Source of the DNA: Octopus sinensis
Taxonomy: Eukaryota
Reading direction: 5' to 3'
NCBI RefSeq assembly: GCF_006345805.1
Contig: NC_043014.1
Span: 40,114,001-40,178,000, forward strand
Length of the DNA stretch: 64,000 bases
The notes beneath the pieces are model-generated. The model made no database searches and was not told where the DNA came from. It was given only the letters and a program-made list of their open reading frames with translations. Position numbers and translations under genes: made by a program. Below, in pieces: positions 12,800-25,707 of the stretch (within the stretch, counting starts at the first letter, position 1; every line of letters begins with the position of its first letter).

Positions 12800-15620
12800 A
12801 TGTAATCAGGAAGTTAAAAAAAAGATTCATTTTATAATTTCTACATAATTTTTCGTTCCCAAATTTCAAGTGTATATATTAGCAATAGTGTTTCTTTTTT
12901 TTTCCACATTTCAAATAATATTTTCCAATATTTCAAAACTTTTTAAATATATTTTTTAATAAATATCATTTAAATCTTTTCAAGGTGGTGAGATGGTAGA
13001 ATTGTTAGCATGCTGGGCAAAATGCTTGGTAGCATTGTGTCTGTTTTTTCGTTCTGGGTTCAAATGCTACCACGGTTGACTTTGCCTTTCATCCTTTCAG
13101 GCTCAATAAAATAAGTACCCGTTGAGCACTGGGACTGATGTAACTGACTTACTCCTTCCTTGAAATTGCTGGCCTTGTGCCAAAATTTGAAACCAATATA
13201 TGTCATTTAAATCTCTTGATTGATAATATTTATATATTTTATATTAAAATTGCATGCGTTGCCTTAATCACATTCGTGAAGATTTTTGTTATTTTGTTAC
13301 CGTTTTGTATCAATGATGAGAAATCAATATTAAGTTTGAATTGTTTATAAAGATTAAATTTTAACAAGTATCTTTGTGATTGTATGAATTACAGAATTAT
13401 GATTAGTTATAAATAGAAAATTTCAGTTAAGAAATTTATTGAAGCCATGGATGTGCTTGGAAATCATTAAATATTTGTTAACCATTATATGCAGATCACC
13501 TGGCTCTAATCACAAAATATAAAGAAAATGTAAAAAAAAAAATTAAAAAAAGTCTGAAACATTCCAGAAAGGTTTTGAGGATAAATATGATAGATAAATT
13601 CAGCCTGCATCCATCCATTATCATCCATCTGATACTTCATGCTCCCTTTTTTTTTTCATTTCTCTCTTGTCTTTTCTTATTCCTTTTTCTTCCCCTGTTT
13701 CTTGGTATTTAAATGTTATAAATAAATAAAGTTAGATTTGCTAAAAATTAAATATAAGAGTGTTCAGTTTCAGGACCTTGATGTTTAATCCTTTTGGTAC
13801 CAACCAACCTGAAACTACCTCTCCTGACTAATGATACAAACTTCATTTTTAAAAGTGGTCTAAATTAAAAACTCCCATCCAAATTTTAACCCTTTTTGTT
13901 GCCATATTTTCATTTGAATTAGCTTTGAAAATAATGAAGAATTTAGCAAAATTTAGTAGACTTTATTAAGCTCAAGCTTGGAATATAAATCAAAATGAAA
14001 TATTGATATATGGTTCAATTTAGATGATTTCAAAACTGGAAGTTTCTATCATAGAACTAGGGTTAGTCTCAGGTGGCTTGGTATCAAAAGGATTGTGTTC
14101 TAGACAGCAGTTTAATAATGACAAACTTGTTTTTACTAAATTCATTATTTTCAAAGTTAAAATAATTCTACCAAATCTTTACAAATCCCATTTCTCTATT
14201 TCTTGCTCCCCCAACACTTTTGCAGTGCCCATCCACCCTAGTTCTTCTGTCCCTGCTCATTTCTACTCATCTTGTACTTTGAGGGACCACCTGGATGCCT
14301 CACCACCACTGACCATTCTCACTCACTTTGCAACAAGAACCTACTCTTCCCCCAACGCTCTCATACTTTAACCCCTCATTTCCTAGCATAAATCCCCGCT
14401 TCCCCATACTCTCAGGGTTCTTGTGAGCTGTGTGGTGTCTTCACTGGTATTGGGGCATAAGGCGGCGAGCTGGCAGAAACGTTAGCACGCCAAGCGAAAT
14501 TCCGCCGAGGTCGACTTTTCCTTTCATCCTTTCTGGGTCGATAAATTAAGTACCAGTTACGCACTGTGGTCGATGTAATCGACTTAATCCGTTTGTCTGT
14601 CCCTGTTTGTCCTCTCTGTGTTTAGCCCCTTGTGGGTAGTAAAGAAATAGGTATTGGGGCAGCATGAAAAAAGGCACTCAATACTTTCTGTAAAGTGGTG
14701 TTAGAGCATCCAGTCATCAAAACCATGCACAGCAGACACTGAAGCACAATGCTCAAATTGGTCAACCCATGCTATGTGGAGGTATGTGGCTTAGTGGCTA
14801 GGGTGTCAGCACCATGATCATAAGACTGTGGTTTCGATTCCTCGGCCAGGCAATGCATTGTGTTCTTGAGCAAAACACTTCATTTCACGTTACTCCAGTC
14901 CTCTCAGCTGGCAAAAATGAGTAACCCTTTGAGGGACTAGCATCCCATCCAGATGGGGAATATATATGGCATGAAACTGGCCCTTGTGAGTTGTTATGAA
15001 TTGAGAGGTTAACTTTACATCATCATCATCATCGTTTAGCGTCCGCTTTCCATGCTGGCATGGGTTGGACGGTTCAACTGGGGTCTGGGAAGCCAGGAGG
15101 CTGTACCAGGCTCCAGTCTGATCTGGCAATGTTTCTACAGCTGGATGCCCTTCCTAATGCCAACAACTCCATGAGTGTAGTGGGTGCTTTTTACGTGCCA
15201 CCGGTACAGGTGCCAGACAAGGCTGGCAAACGGCCACGATCGGATGGTGCTTTTTACGTGTCACCTACCAACCCATACTAGCATTGAATATGGATTATGG
15301 CAACAATGATGTTGTTGTTATTACTAAGATAATGTCAGTATATTTTAACAAAAATTGGGCAACAAAAGGGTGAAAGTTGAGTTGTCCATTTGATTTTTTG
15401 TTTTACTTGTTTCAGTCATCTGACTGCAGCCATGCTGGAGCACTGCATTTAGTCGAACAAATCAACCCCAAGACTTATTCTTTCTAAGCCAAGTACTTAT
15501 TCTATCGGGGTCTTTAGCCAAACCGCTAGGTCACAGGGACTTAAACACGCCAATATCAGTTGTTAAACAATGGTGGGAGGACAGACACACAAATGCATAC
15601 ATACATACATATATATATAC

Positions 15621-15858
15621 TGTTGTATCTGGAGAGAGTCATTTTCTTTTGTGCCTTATAATGTAACACATTCACCCGTAAAATTTTCATTGCGTCTTGC
15701 AACCTTTTCAATGGTCTTGATTCTCAAGACTATTAAAAAGGTTGCAAGAAGCAACGAAAATTTTAGGAAAATAAAAATAAGAAATAAGTGGAAATTTTAC
15801 CGGTGAGTGTGTTACATTATAAGGCACAAAAAGAAAATGTCTCTCCCCAGACACAACA
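15621..15858. repeat. Near-perfect palindromic element (3-nt loop at 15721-15723) inserted in a family A SINE
   Basis: tgttgtatctggagagag...gtcttga-ttc-tcaagac...ctctccccagacacaaca. The same sequence occurs in the 7-8.8 kb arms and at ~9695-9840. Confidence 0.8.
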
Positions 15859-16261
15859 GAATATGCTTCAACACACGAACTCATATAAAGAATCTTGCAA
15901 ACCAAATCCAAAAACGAAATATATATATATAATATATGACAGGCTTCTTTCAGTTTCTGTCTACCAAATCCACTGACAAGGCTTTAGTCGGCCTGAGGCT
16001 ATAGTAGAAAACACTTGCCTAAGGTGTCAAACAGTGGGACTGAACCTGGAACCATGTGCTTCGGAAGCAAGCTTCTTACGTACCACACAGCCACTCTTGT
16101 GCCTATGTAACAAAAAAAAAAGTTTTTTTGGGGGTGGTGAATATTGTATGAAGAGTTCAATTAGTATATACAAGAAAAATTTTATTGCATTTCTGTTTGA
16201 CTAAAGACAATTCAAGTTAATAAATATCACAAAGTATTGCATTTTATTGTGTATTGTATTT

Positions 16262-16570
16262 ATGTTGTTCCTTCTCGAGCCATGCCTGGCTCATAAGGGC
16301 CGGTTTCCCGATTTCTTGGCGTATAGGTTCCCCACCTGGACGGGACGCCGGTCCATCGCAGGTGAGCTGCAAGATGCAGGAGGAAAGAGTGGGAGAAAGT
16401 TGTGGCGAAAGAGTCAGCAGAAGTTTCGCCATTACCTTCTGCCGGAGACGTGTGGAGCTTAGGTGTTTCGCTCATAAACACACACACACATTGTCCGGTC
16501 TGAGATTCGAACCCACGATCCCTCGACCGCGAGCCCGCTGCTCTAACCACTAGGCCATGTGCCTCCACAT
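16262..16570 (-). mobile_element. SINE family D (tRNA-like A/B boxes, V-domain-like gatggactggcgtcccgtccag)
   Basis: A box TGGCCTAGTGG and B box GGTTCGAATC on the minus strand. Copies at 2510-2850(+), 14775-14995(+), head only at ~37628-37670. Confidence 0.75.
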
Positions 16571-16987
16571 AGTGTATTGCCTATACACTTTATCTTGTTG
16601 AGCTAGTCAGTTGTCAGTTTGTGAAAAAGCCTGAGTGTTATAATGGTTATAAACATTGAAATTATTGGGTTGTCATGTAAATCCTTTCATATTTTTTTTT
16701 CCTTTCTACTTGGTATTCTGTTGTCATATGTCTGAAAAGAAGTAAGATTTGTTCAAATTTCAAAAAGGATAAACAAAATTTATAAAGGAAGAACAGAGCT
16801 TCGAAAAAAAAAAATCATAAAACAACCAGGAGTGGCTGTGTGGTAAGTAGCTTGTTTACCAACCACATGGTTCTGGGTTCAGTCCCACTGCATGGCACCT
16901 TGGGCAAGTGTCTTCTACTATAGCCTCGGGCCGACCAAAGCCTTGTGAGTGGATTTGGTAGACGGAAACTGAAAGAAGCCCGTCGTA

Positions 16988-17027
<40 letters not shown>

Positions 17028-18118
17028 TGTGTGTGTTTGTGTGTCTGTGCTTGTCCCCCACGACATCGCTTGACAACCGATGCTGGTGTGTTTACGTCCC
17101 TGTTACTTAGCGGTTCGGCAAAAGAGACCGATGGAATAAGTACTGGGCTACCAAAAGAATAAGTCCCGGGGTTGATTTGCTCGATTAAAGGCGGTGCTCC
17201 AGCATGGCCGCAGTCAAATGACTGAAACAAGTAAAAGAGTAAACACTACAATAAAAATATTTTCTTATGTTGATTCACAGAACATTGGAATAGGTTGAAA
17301 TAAATGAAAAAGAAAGAAAATCTGAATAAGTTTATGTAACAGCACTATATGTGTGTGTGTGTGTGTAGCCGTATTTTGTCTGTCGTTACGTTCTGAGTTC
17401 AAATTCCGCCGAGGTCGATTTTTGCCTTTCATCCTTACGGGGTCGATAAATAAAGTACCAGTTTCCAACTGGGGTTGATGTAATCTACTTAATCCCTTTG
17501 TCTGTCCTTGTTTGTCCCCTTTATGTTTAGCCCCTTGTGGGCAGTAAAGAAATATATATGTGTGTGTGTGAGTGTGAGAAGGACAGAGAGAGTACACAAA
17601 ATTCTTTTAAGTTTGTCACAGGAATTACCTTCCCTGAAGTGATAAAGCTGATACTAGGCCTTTTCTAATGAATAAAAAAATTAACGACTAATTATTTTTG
17701 TTTACTCTTTCTTTATTGAAACCTTTTTATTGTTTATTTGTTTCAGTCATTATTAGACTGCAGCCATGCTGGGTGTTCCACTTTGAAGAATTTTCTTTAC
17801 TCCAGTATTTGTTATTTTTTTAAGCTTGGTACATACCCTATTGGTCTCTTTTTGCCAAACTGCTAAGTTACAGGGCTGTAAAAACACCAACACTGGTTGT
17901 CATGTGTTGGTGGGAGACAAATGCAAGGACACCCACTCACGCATGCATGCTTTCGGTGTGAATGGTTTTTTTTATACAGCCCTGAGTTTACAATCCTGTA
18001 AATAATAATAATAGTATTTTTATATAAGCTTAATACATATGATGAGCTTCTTTCAGTTTCTGTCTACCAAATCCACTCAGAAGACTTTGGTTGACTTGAG
18101 GTTATAGTAAAAGACACT

Positions 18119-18537
18119 ATAAGGCGGCGAGCTGGCCGAAATGTTAGCACGCCGGGCGAAATGCTTAGCGGTATTTTGTCTGCCGTTACGTTCTGAGTTC
18201 AAATTCCGCCGAGGTCGACTTTGCCTTTCATCCTTTCGGGGTCGATAAATTAAGTACCAGTTACGTGCTGGGGTTGATGTAATCGACTTTATTCCTTTGT
18301 CTGTCCTTGTTTGTCCTCTCTGTGTTTAGCCCCTTGTGGGTAGTAAAGAAATAGGTATTTCGTCTGCCGTAACGTTCTGAGTTCAAATTCCGCCGAGGTC
18401 GACTTTGCCTTTCATCCTTTCAGGGTCGATAAATTAAGTACCAGTTATGCACTGGGGTCGATGTAATCGACTTTATTCCTTTGTCTGTTCTTGTTTGTCC
18501 CCTCTATGTTTAGCTCTTTGTGAGCAATAAAGGAATA
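18119..18537 (+). mobile_element. SINE family B dimer (Meta-domain-like core gtcgactttgcctttcatcctttcggggtcgataaattaagtaccag) with 16-bp TSD
   Basis: TSD tatagtaaaagacact (18103-18118) / tatagtagaagacact (18538-18553). Inserted in a family A SINE. Other family B copies at about 975-1620(-), 12985-13190, 14459-14655, 17370-17555, 36400-36615, 38530-38740, 41153-41385, 47450-47682(-), 61975-62980(-). Confidence 0.85.
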
Positions 18538-20207
18538 TATAGTAGAAGACACTTGCCAAAGGTGAGACCGAACCCAGAGCCATGTGGTTGGGAAGCAAGC
18601 TTCTTACCACACAGCCATGCCTGCACCTATGGTATATTAAGTTTATTTATGCTTGTGATATATTGATTTTATTTTCCATGGCTGAAAGCGCCTGATAACT
18701 CACTCGATCAAAATTTATCAGTAACTCAATTAGATAGCTGATAAAAACTAATTTTTTAAATGGAAGGAAAAAAGAATTGAACACTAACATTTGGAATTTG
18801 AGTGATAAAATTAACCAAGTTTGGTGCAATGACAAGCTGTTGTGAGATTGGGGAGGAGTAAATAAATGACGGAATATTTCCAGCAAGCCTGGAAATATTT
18901 GATAATTTTGTGTGTGTGTGTTTGTGTGCATGTTCATTATATATGTGTGTGTATGTATGTATATATGTATATATATACTCTTTTTTTTTTCTTTACTTGT
19001 TTCAGTCATTTGACTGTGGCCATGCTGGAGCACCGCCTTTAGTCGAGCAAATTGACCCCGGGACTTATTCTTTGTAAGCCCAGTACTTATTCTATCAGCC
19101 TCTTTTGCTGAACCGCTAAGTGACGGGGACGTAAACACACCAGCATCGGTTGTCAAGCAATGCTAGGGGGACAAACACAAACACACACATACATATACAT
19201 ATATATACATACACACGACAGGCTTCTTTCAGTTTCCATCTACCAAATCCACTCACAAGGCATTGGTCGGCCCAAGGCTATAGCAGAAGACACTTGCCCA
19301 AGATGCCACACAGTGGGACTGAACCCGGAACTATGTGGTTGGTTAATATATTATCTTTATATGTATGTTAGTGATTTCAAGTGTGCATGATTTCATGGCA
19401 CGTGTTTCTATGACCATGTGTCATGGTTTTTTGTTCAAAGATTTGTTGCTGTTGTTGTTTAGCCCCGGGCTAGTCCTGACTGAGTAAACCTACGATGAAA
19501 GCTACTCAAGCCATTCCTCGCATCATTTTCCCATGTGCTAGGAACCTGGATCCACATTATCCTGCGAGTCCTTTTCTGAAATTGCTATTAAATGTAGTCA
19601 TGTGACATATAACATGGACAGTGCCCCCACCCTCAACAATTTTATGGTTGTGGTGGTGATAGACATCATGGTGCCTCCTGGTTCAAAGGCTCATATAGTT
19701 CAGTTTGTTCTGTTGTAATTCTTTAGACATGGCTGTTGGCAGGACTTTAATATAACCTCTAATACACCACATCTCTAGGTACCAAAAATTAAAACTAAAC
19801 CTACTGGACTTATTCTCTAGTGACCCTGGACTTTGATTCAACTTAAATCTTACATGTCACCTACTTACACACAAAACCATATATCCTATTCATATCAGAG
19901 ACACAAATAACTCAATCCCTATCCATAAAGCATCTGTACTATCAAGACTAAATTCTGCAGGTAATTTCTATCTGAAAGTGGTGTCTATATTTATTTTAAA
20001 ATCTAAAAATAGCAAAAAAAAAAAAAAAAAGGGAGATAACTATTATAAGATCATTTGATTGAAACTTTTACACAACACCGATAATGCAAACTGGAATCTG
20101 TCTTGTCCTTAAAAGCATCTGGTGAAAGCGATGGACATGTTTTATGTCATATTAGATGATCTTGTCAAAGCATTCTACTCAGCAGAATATACTTTGAAAA
20201 GTGATTA

Positions 20208-20245
<38 letters not shown>

Positions 20246-20671
20246 CCCATCTAGCTTGAGAACACATATGCCATTGAAACCGGGCCCGTGAGCCTGGCTA
20301 GGCTTTAAAAGGGCGCATTTTTATTTATTTTTTATGAAAATACTTAATGAAACTGATAATGAATAAAAATTTAGTCATATTGATATAATCAGAAAACTTA
20401 ATGTTTATCAACCCCCTTGGATAGCCACATAAACCCACACCCCCAGGGATCAATATTGACCAATTTGCCAATCTTTGCCTTTGAGAATGATTTCATTCAC
20501 TCACATAGCTATTCTTGAAGGGTCAGAGGTGCAAAACAGATATTGCCAAGGATAGTTCGCATGGAACTATCACTAGAGCTTCTACAAGTCAGCTGATCTG
20601 AAGTGCCCTAAAGTCTGGTGGGGGAGGTATTGTAAATGTGTTGGTGTGTAGTCACAATAAAGCTTGTTAGC

Positions 20672-21251
20672 ACTTTAGCATTTAAATTTGCATCACCAGT
20701 CTGGAACCCCTATCTTGCCCAGGATATTAATTGTCTGGAAACCGTTCAGCAACGTGCAACCAAGAGAATACCCTCCATCAGGCATTTGCCATATTCTGAA
20801 CACCTTACTTCCCTGGGCATGGATACATTGAAACTCCGACGTCTGGGAACTGATTTGGCAAAACAAGAATAAAATTATCAACCATCTTACAAACAATAAC
20901 TCTGAACACCTTTTCAAACTCCACCTGTCTAACACCTGTGGACATGTTTACAAAGTCAGAAAACAGCACAGCTCCCATGACTTTCGGAAACAATTTTTCA
21001 TGCTAAGAGTTGCTGAAGTATGGAACAAACTGCCGGCATCAGTTGTTAGTTGTCGGAGCACTGCATCCTTCAAAACTTCCATGCTTCCTGAGATTTGCCA
21101 ACACTACACCTGATTTTTTCCCCTCCATACTCACGCAAGCATGTATCTGACACATACACTGTTCACTTCCCAAACATTTGTACATTAAGGCATATGCTTT
21201 ATACGCACTTTTGACAAGCTGGTGTGCACCTGAGCACTGTATACAATAATT

Positions 21252-21290
<39 letters not shown>
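20672..21290 (+). mobile_element. CR1/L2-type LINE 3' fragment
   Basis: FASPVWNPYLAQDINCLETVQQRATKRIP..., (ATT)n tail at ~21255-21293. Confidence 0.85.
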
Positions 21291-21295
<5 letters not shown>

Positions 21296-22372
21296 AACTG
21301 GCTATATTCGGCCCAAATATTCAACCTGTTTTATATTTTCAAACTGACCTGATCCAGTTTCCCACACCTACCACGCAATGTCATTATAAAAATAAACAAT
21401 TGTTTCCTCAAAATCTTGAAGCAATGAGATAATGCATGATTAATTCAAAACAATATGACTAGATAAGCATTACATTTGACAGAGGTAAGGCCATAGTATT
21501 GCATGTTGCTGGGAAAATATACTCCTTATCAGCTTTGGCAGTATCTAGATAAACTCTTAGGAACAACTCCCAGGCAAAGTTACCATAGATATTCCAATAT
21601 TTATAGAATGTCTGCTTGTCACTAAGGTTTAGTTCTGATCAAGTAAATGCAGTTTGATAAATATTCAAACAGAAATATCTTCTTGGTTTCTCTCTCTGTC
21701 TCTGTCTCTGTCTCTTTCTCTCTCTCTCTTTCTCTTGTTGACTGGGAAACCATGTATCACCTCTGCAGCAACACATCTGTAATACCAGTAGAGGTGATTA
21801 TAAAACCAGAATTCAATTTGATTTTAAAAGTAATACTGTCACCTTCAACTGAATACCAATGCAGGAAATTTGTTTGAAATGGTTCACTTTGGAAATGTCA
21901 TAAGTGATGGACCCTTGATGAAATTGCAGCAACTAGGATGCATAATTGCATACAGAGCAATTTGTAGTTGCTGCAGTAGAAACGTATGTTGGTCATTGCT
22001 ATGTATGGTGTAGAAAACTTCTTGATAAAATAGTTTTGAATGTGAATAAATCTCCACTCTCCTCTTGGTTTTCAATTATATATATATATAAAATACAAAA
22101 TGGGACAAGAATGCAAAACATCTGGACAACTAGGTGATACAAAAAGGGACAACAAAACATCCAGATAGACAATGCAAAGAAAACAAGGATGGGTCATTCG
22201 AAGCCCTCTATCCTTATCAATTCAAAATGAAAAATTAAATTACACCATCTAGAAAATTACATATAATAGAAATATTAAATATAAGATAAAAATAATATAC
22301 CGATGATTAAGTGATGTGCAAATAAAAAAAAAATGTATATATTTGGTAGAATAATGACACGTGTTTCGTGGC

Positions 22373-22405
<33 letters not shown>

Positions 22406-23862
22406 CATCATCATCATCATCATCATTTAGCGTCCGTTTTCCATGCTAGCATGGGTTGGACGGTTCAACTGGGGTCTGTGAAGCTGGAAGGCTTCATCAG
22501 GCCCAGTCAGATCTGGCAGTGTTTCTACGGCTGGATGCCCTTCCTAACGCCAACCACTCCATGAGTGTAGTGGGTGCTTTTTACGTGCCACCCGAACAGG
22601 TGCCAGACAGAGCTGGCAAACGGCCACGAACGGATGGTGCTTTTACGTGTCACCGGCACGGGGGCCAGGCGAGGCTGGCAACGGACACGAACAGATGGTG
22701 CTTTTACGTGCCACCGACACGGGGGCCAGGCAGAGCTGGCAAACGGCCACGAACGGATGGTGCTTTTACTTGTCACCGGCACGGGGGCCAGGCGAGGCTG
22801 GCAACGGACACGAATGGATGGTGCTTTTACGTGCCACCGACATGGGGGCCAGACAGAGCTGGCAAACGGCCACGAACGGATGGTGCTTTTACGTGTCACC
22901 GGCACGGGGGCCAGGCGAGGCTGGCAACGGACACGAACGGATGGTGCTTTTATGTGCCACCGACACATATACATATAAAGTATATGCACAGATGTGGCTG
23001 TGTAGCACCTTGGGTAAGTGTCTTCTATTATTGCCTCATGGCAACCAAAGCCTTGTCAGTAGATTTCAGTTGGTGGAAACTGAAAGAAGCCCATTGTATA
23101 TATATATGTGTGTGTGTGTGTCATTGTAACTTAATAACTTGGCAAAAGAGTACCAGACTTTAAAATAAAAAATCAAGTCCTGGGGTTGATTCGTTCGATT
23201 AAAATTTCTCAAGGCAGTGCTCCAGCATGACCACAGTCTAATGGCTGAAACAAGTAAAAGATAAAAGAAAAACATACAAGCAAGTCTCATGTTGAATAAC
23301 AATTCACCATTGACATTGGTAGACAGGAACTGCTCCTTATAAAATCCTTGCGAGAAAAGGAAACAGGGAAAATTAAATTAAGCAAATCCCAGGCCAAAAT
23401 ACCAGAACAAGTGGAAATTTTATAAATATAAGGAAAAAAAAATTTTTTCAAAAAGGAAAGTGAAGCGATTGGAAAATGTTTGCTATTTTATTAAACGATA
23501 GAATTACCTCCCTTGGACTACTTGGTCGATTATATGAATAGAGACCTAATTTATTTATTTATACGTGGTGACAGTACTGCAGTTTTGTTTAGGCCGGTTG
23601 CTGTACTTAATGTACTGGGATGTAAAAAAGGGTTTTTAATCAATTGGAATTACACCCATAAGAAGGGAAAAAGAAGGTGTTAAATATGTGGTTGTGTGCG
23701 GGGGAGCAAACTTCTGAGCTCTTTTACAGGGTTTACAAAAACTGAAGGACCACTGCAATAAGTGTGTGAACCTGAGAGGGGAATATGTTGAATAAAATCA
23801 TAATTAACTGATCTTCCTGAGTATTCTTTTCCTAAAGCTAGGAACTTTTCAGAATCCCCTCA

Positions 23863-23910
<48 letters not shown>

Positions 23911-24006
23911 AGGTTAATCCAAACAAGAAAGCACAAAAAAACACAACGCAAGGACGTGGAACAAATATAGTATTATTGGACGCTCAGGAAAGAGGAAAGA
24001 AGGGGG

Positions 24007-24041
24007 GTTTAACGTTTCGAGCGAAGCTCTTCGTCGGAAAC
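24007..24041 (-). ncRNA. Minimal hammerhead-like motif, variant core
   Basis: GUUU CCGACGA A GAGC uuc GCUC GAAA CG UU AAAC. Core has C in place of U4. Lies in a Penelope-like tail (~23885-24115). Confidence 0.45.
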
Positions 24042-24250
24042 ATAGGAGAAGGAAAGATCCAGAGAAGGGAAGACAGAGGAAAAAAAATCGCCAACGGTAC
24101 ACACGAGGTCACATTTTGAAATATATATATATATATGTATATTGGGTCATCCCATAAATAATGTGGTTTTTCCATACTTCTTTTATTTTTCAAAATTAAG
24201 ATAAACAAAGTTCTTTTTTAATCTAAAATATATTCTCCTTCATTTTCATT

Positions 24251-25707
24251 GCCTCACAGAGGCAAAGTGCCTGAGTTCCTTTCAAGCATTGGGCCTCACA
24301 GAGGCAAAGTGCCTGAGTTCCTTTCAAGCATTGGGCCTCACAGAGGCAAAGTGCCTGAGTTCCTTTCAAGCATTGGGCCTCACAGAGGCAAAGTGGCTGA
24401 GTTCCTTTCAAGCATTGGGCCTCACAGAGGCAAAGTGCCTGAGTTCCTTTCAAGCATTGGGCCTCACAGAGGCAAAGTGTCTGAGTTCCTTTCAAGCATT
24501 GGGCCTCACAGAGGCAAAGTGTCTGAGTTCCTTTCAAGCATTGGGCCTCACAGAGGCAAAGTGCCTGAGTTCCTTTCAAGCATTGGGCCTCACAGAGGCA
24601 AAGTGCCTGAGTTCCTTTCAAGCATTGGGCCTCACAGAGCAAAGTGTCTGAGTTCCTTTCAGCATTGGGCCTCACAGAGGCAAAGTGCCTGAGTTCCTTT
24701 CAGCATTGGGCCTCACAGAGGCAAAGTGTCTGAGTTCCTTTCAAGCATTGGGCCTCACAGAGGCAAAGTGTCTGAGTTCCTTTCAAGCATTGGGCCTCAC
24801 AGAGGCAAAGTGCTGAGTTCCTTTCAAGTTGGGCCTCACAGAGGCAAAGTGTCTGAGTCCTTTCAAGCATTGGGCCTCACAGAGGCAAAGTGCCTGAGTT
24901 CCTTCAAGCATTGGGCCTCACAGAGGCAAAGTGCCTGAGTTCCTTTCAAGCATTGGGCCTCACAGAGCAAAGTGTCTGAGTTCCTTTCAAGCATTGGGCC
25001 TCACAGAGGCAAAGTGGCTGAGTTCCTTTCAAGCATTGGGCCTCACAGAGGCAAAGTGCCTGAGTTCCTTTCAAGCATTGGCCTCACAGAGGCAAAGTGT
25101 CTGAGTTCCTTTCAAGCATTGGGCCTCACAGAGGCAAAGTGGCTGAGTTCCTTTCAGCATTGGCCTCACAGAGGCAAGTGCCTGAGTTCCTTTCAAGCAT
25201 TGGGCCTCACAGAGGCAAGTGGCTGAGTCCTTTCAAGCATTGGGCCTCACAGAGGCAAAGTGCCTGAGTTCCTTTCAAGCATTGGGCCTCACAGAGGCAA
25301 AGTGGCTGAGTTCCTTTCAAGCATTGGGCCTCACAGAGGCAAAGTGGCTGAGTTCCTTTCAAGCATTGGGCCTCACAGAGGCAAAGTGGCTGAGTTCCTT
25401 TCAAGCATTGGGCCTCACAGAGGCAAAGTGCCTGAGTTCCTTTCAAGCATTGGGCCTCACAGAGGCAAAGTGCCTGAGTTCCTTTCAAGCATTGGGCCTC
25501 ACAGAGGCAAAGTGCCTGAGTTCCTTTCAAGCATTGGGCCTCACAGAGGCAAAGTGGCTGAGTTCCTTTCAAGCATTGGGCCTCACAGAGGCAAAGTGCC
25601 TGAGTTCCTTTCAAGCATTGGGCCTCACAGAGGCAAAGTGCCTGAGTTCCTTTCGAGTGTTGGGCTTCACGGAGGCAAAGTGGCTGAGCTCCTTTTGAGT
25701 GCTGGGC
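24251..25707. repeat. 42-bp minisatellite, ~34 copies
   Basis: Unit gcctcacagaggcaaagtgcctgagttcctttcaagcattgg with variants at the gtg(c/t/g)ctg position and 1-bp indels. No spacers. Confidence 0.97.

Noticed and set aside
16490-16570. tRNA gene
   Set aside because: A and B boxes are present but continue into a SINE body found in several diverged copies. No proper cloverleaf is evident.
21490-22000. Coding-looking minus-strand fragments (FYKYWNIYGNFAW; FLHWYSVEG, reminiscent of tubulin)
   Set aside because: All frames are interrupted by stops, there are no coherent splice sites, and the motif match is too short. A tblastx search would be needed.
22456-23163. 235-aa repeat protein
   Set aside because: It is the antisense/sense translation of the family C tandem modules and the adjacent SINE.
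24251-25707. CRISPR array or repeat-protein gene from the 42-bp repeat
   Set aside because: Units are contiguous with no unique spacers, there are no cas genes and the context is eukaryotic. The ORFs are open only because the unit is 42 bp, and indels break them.
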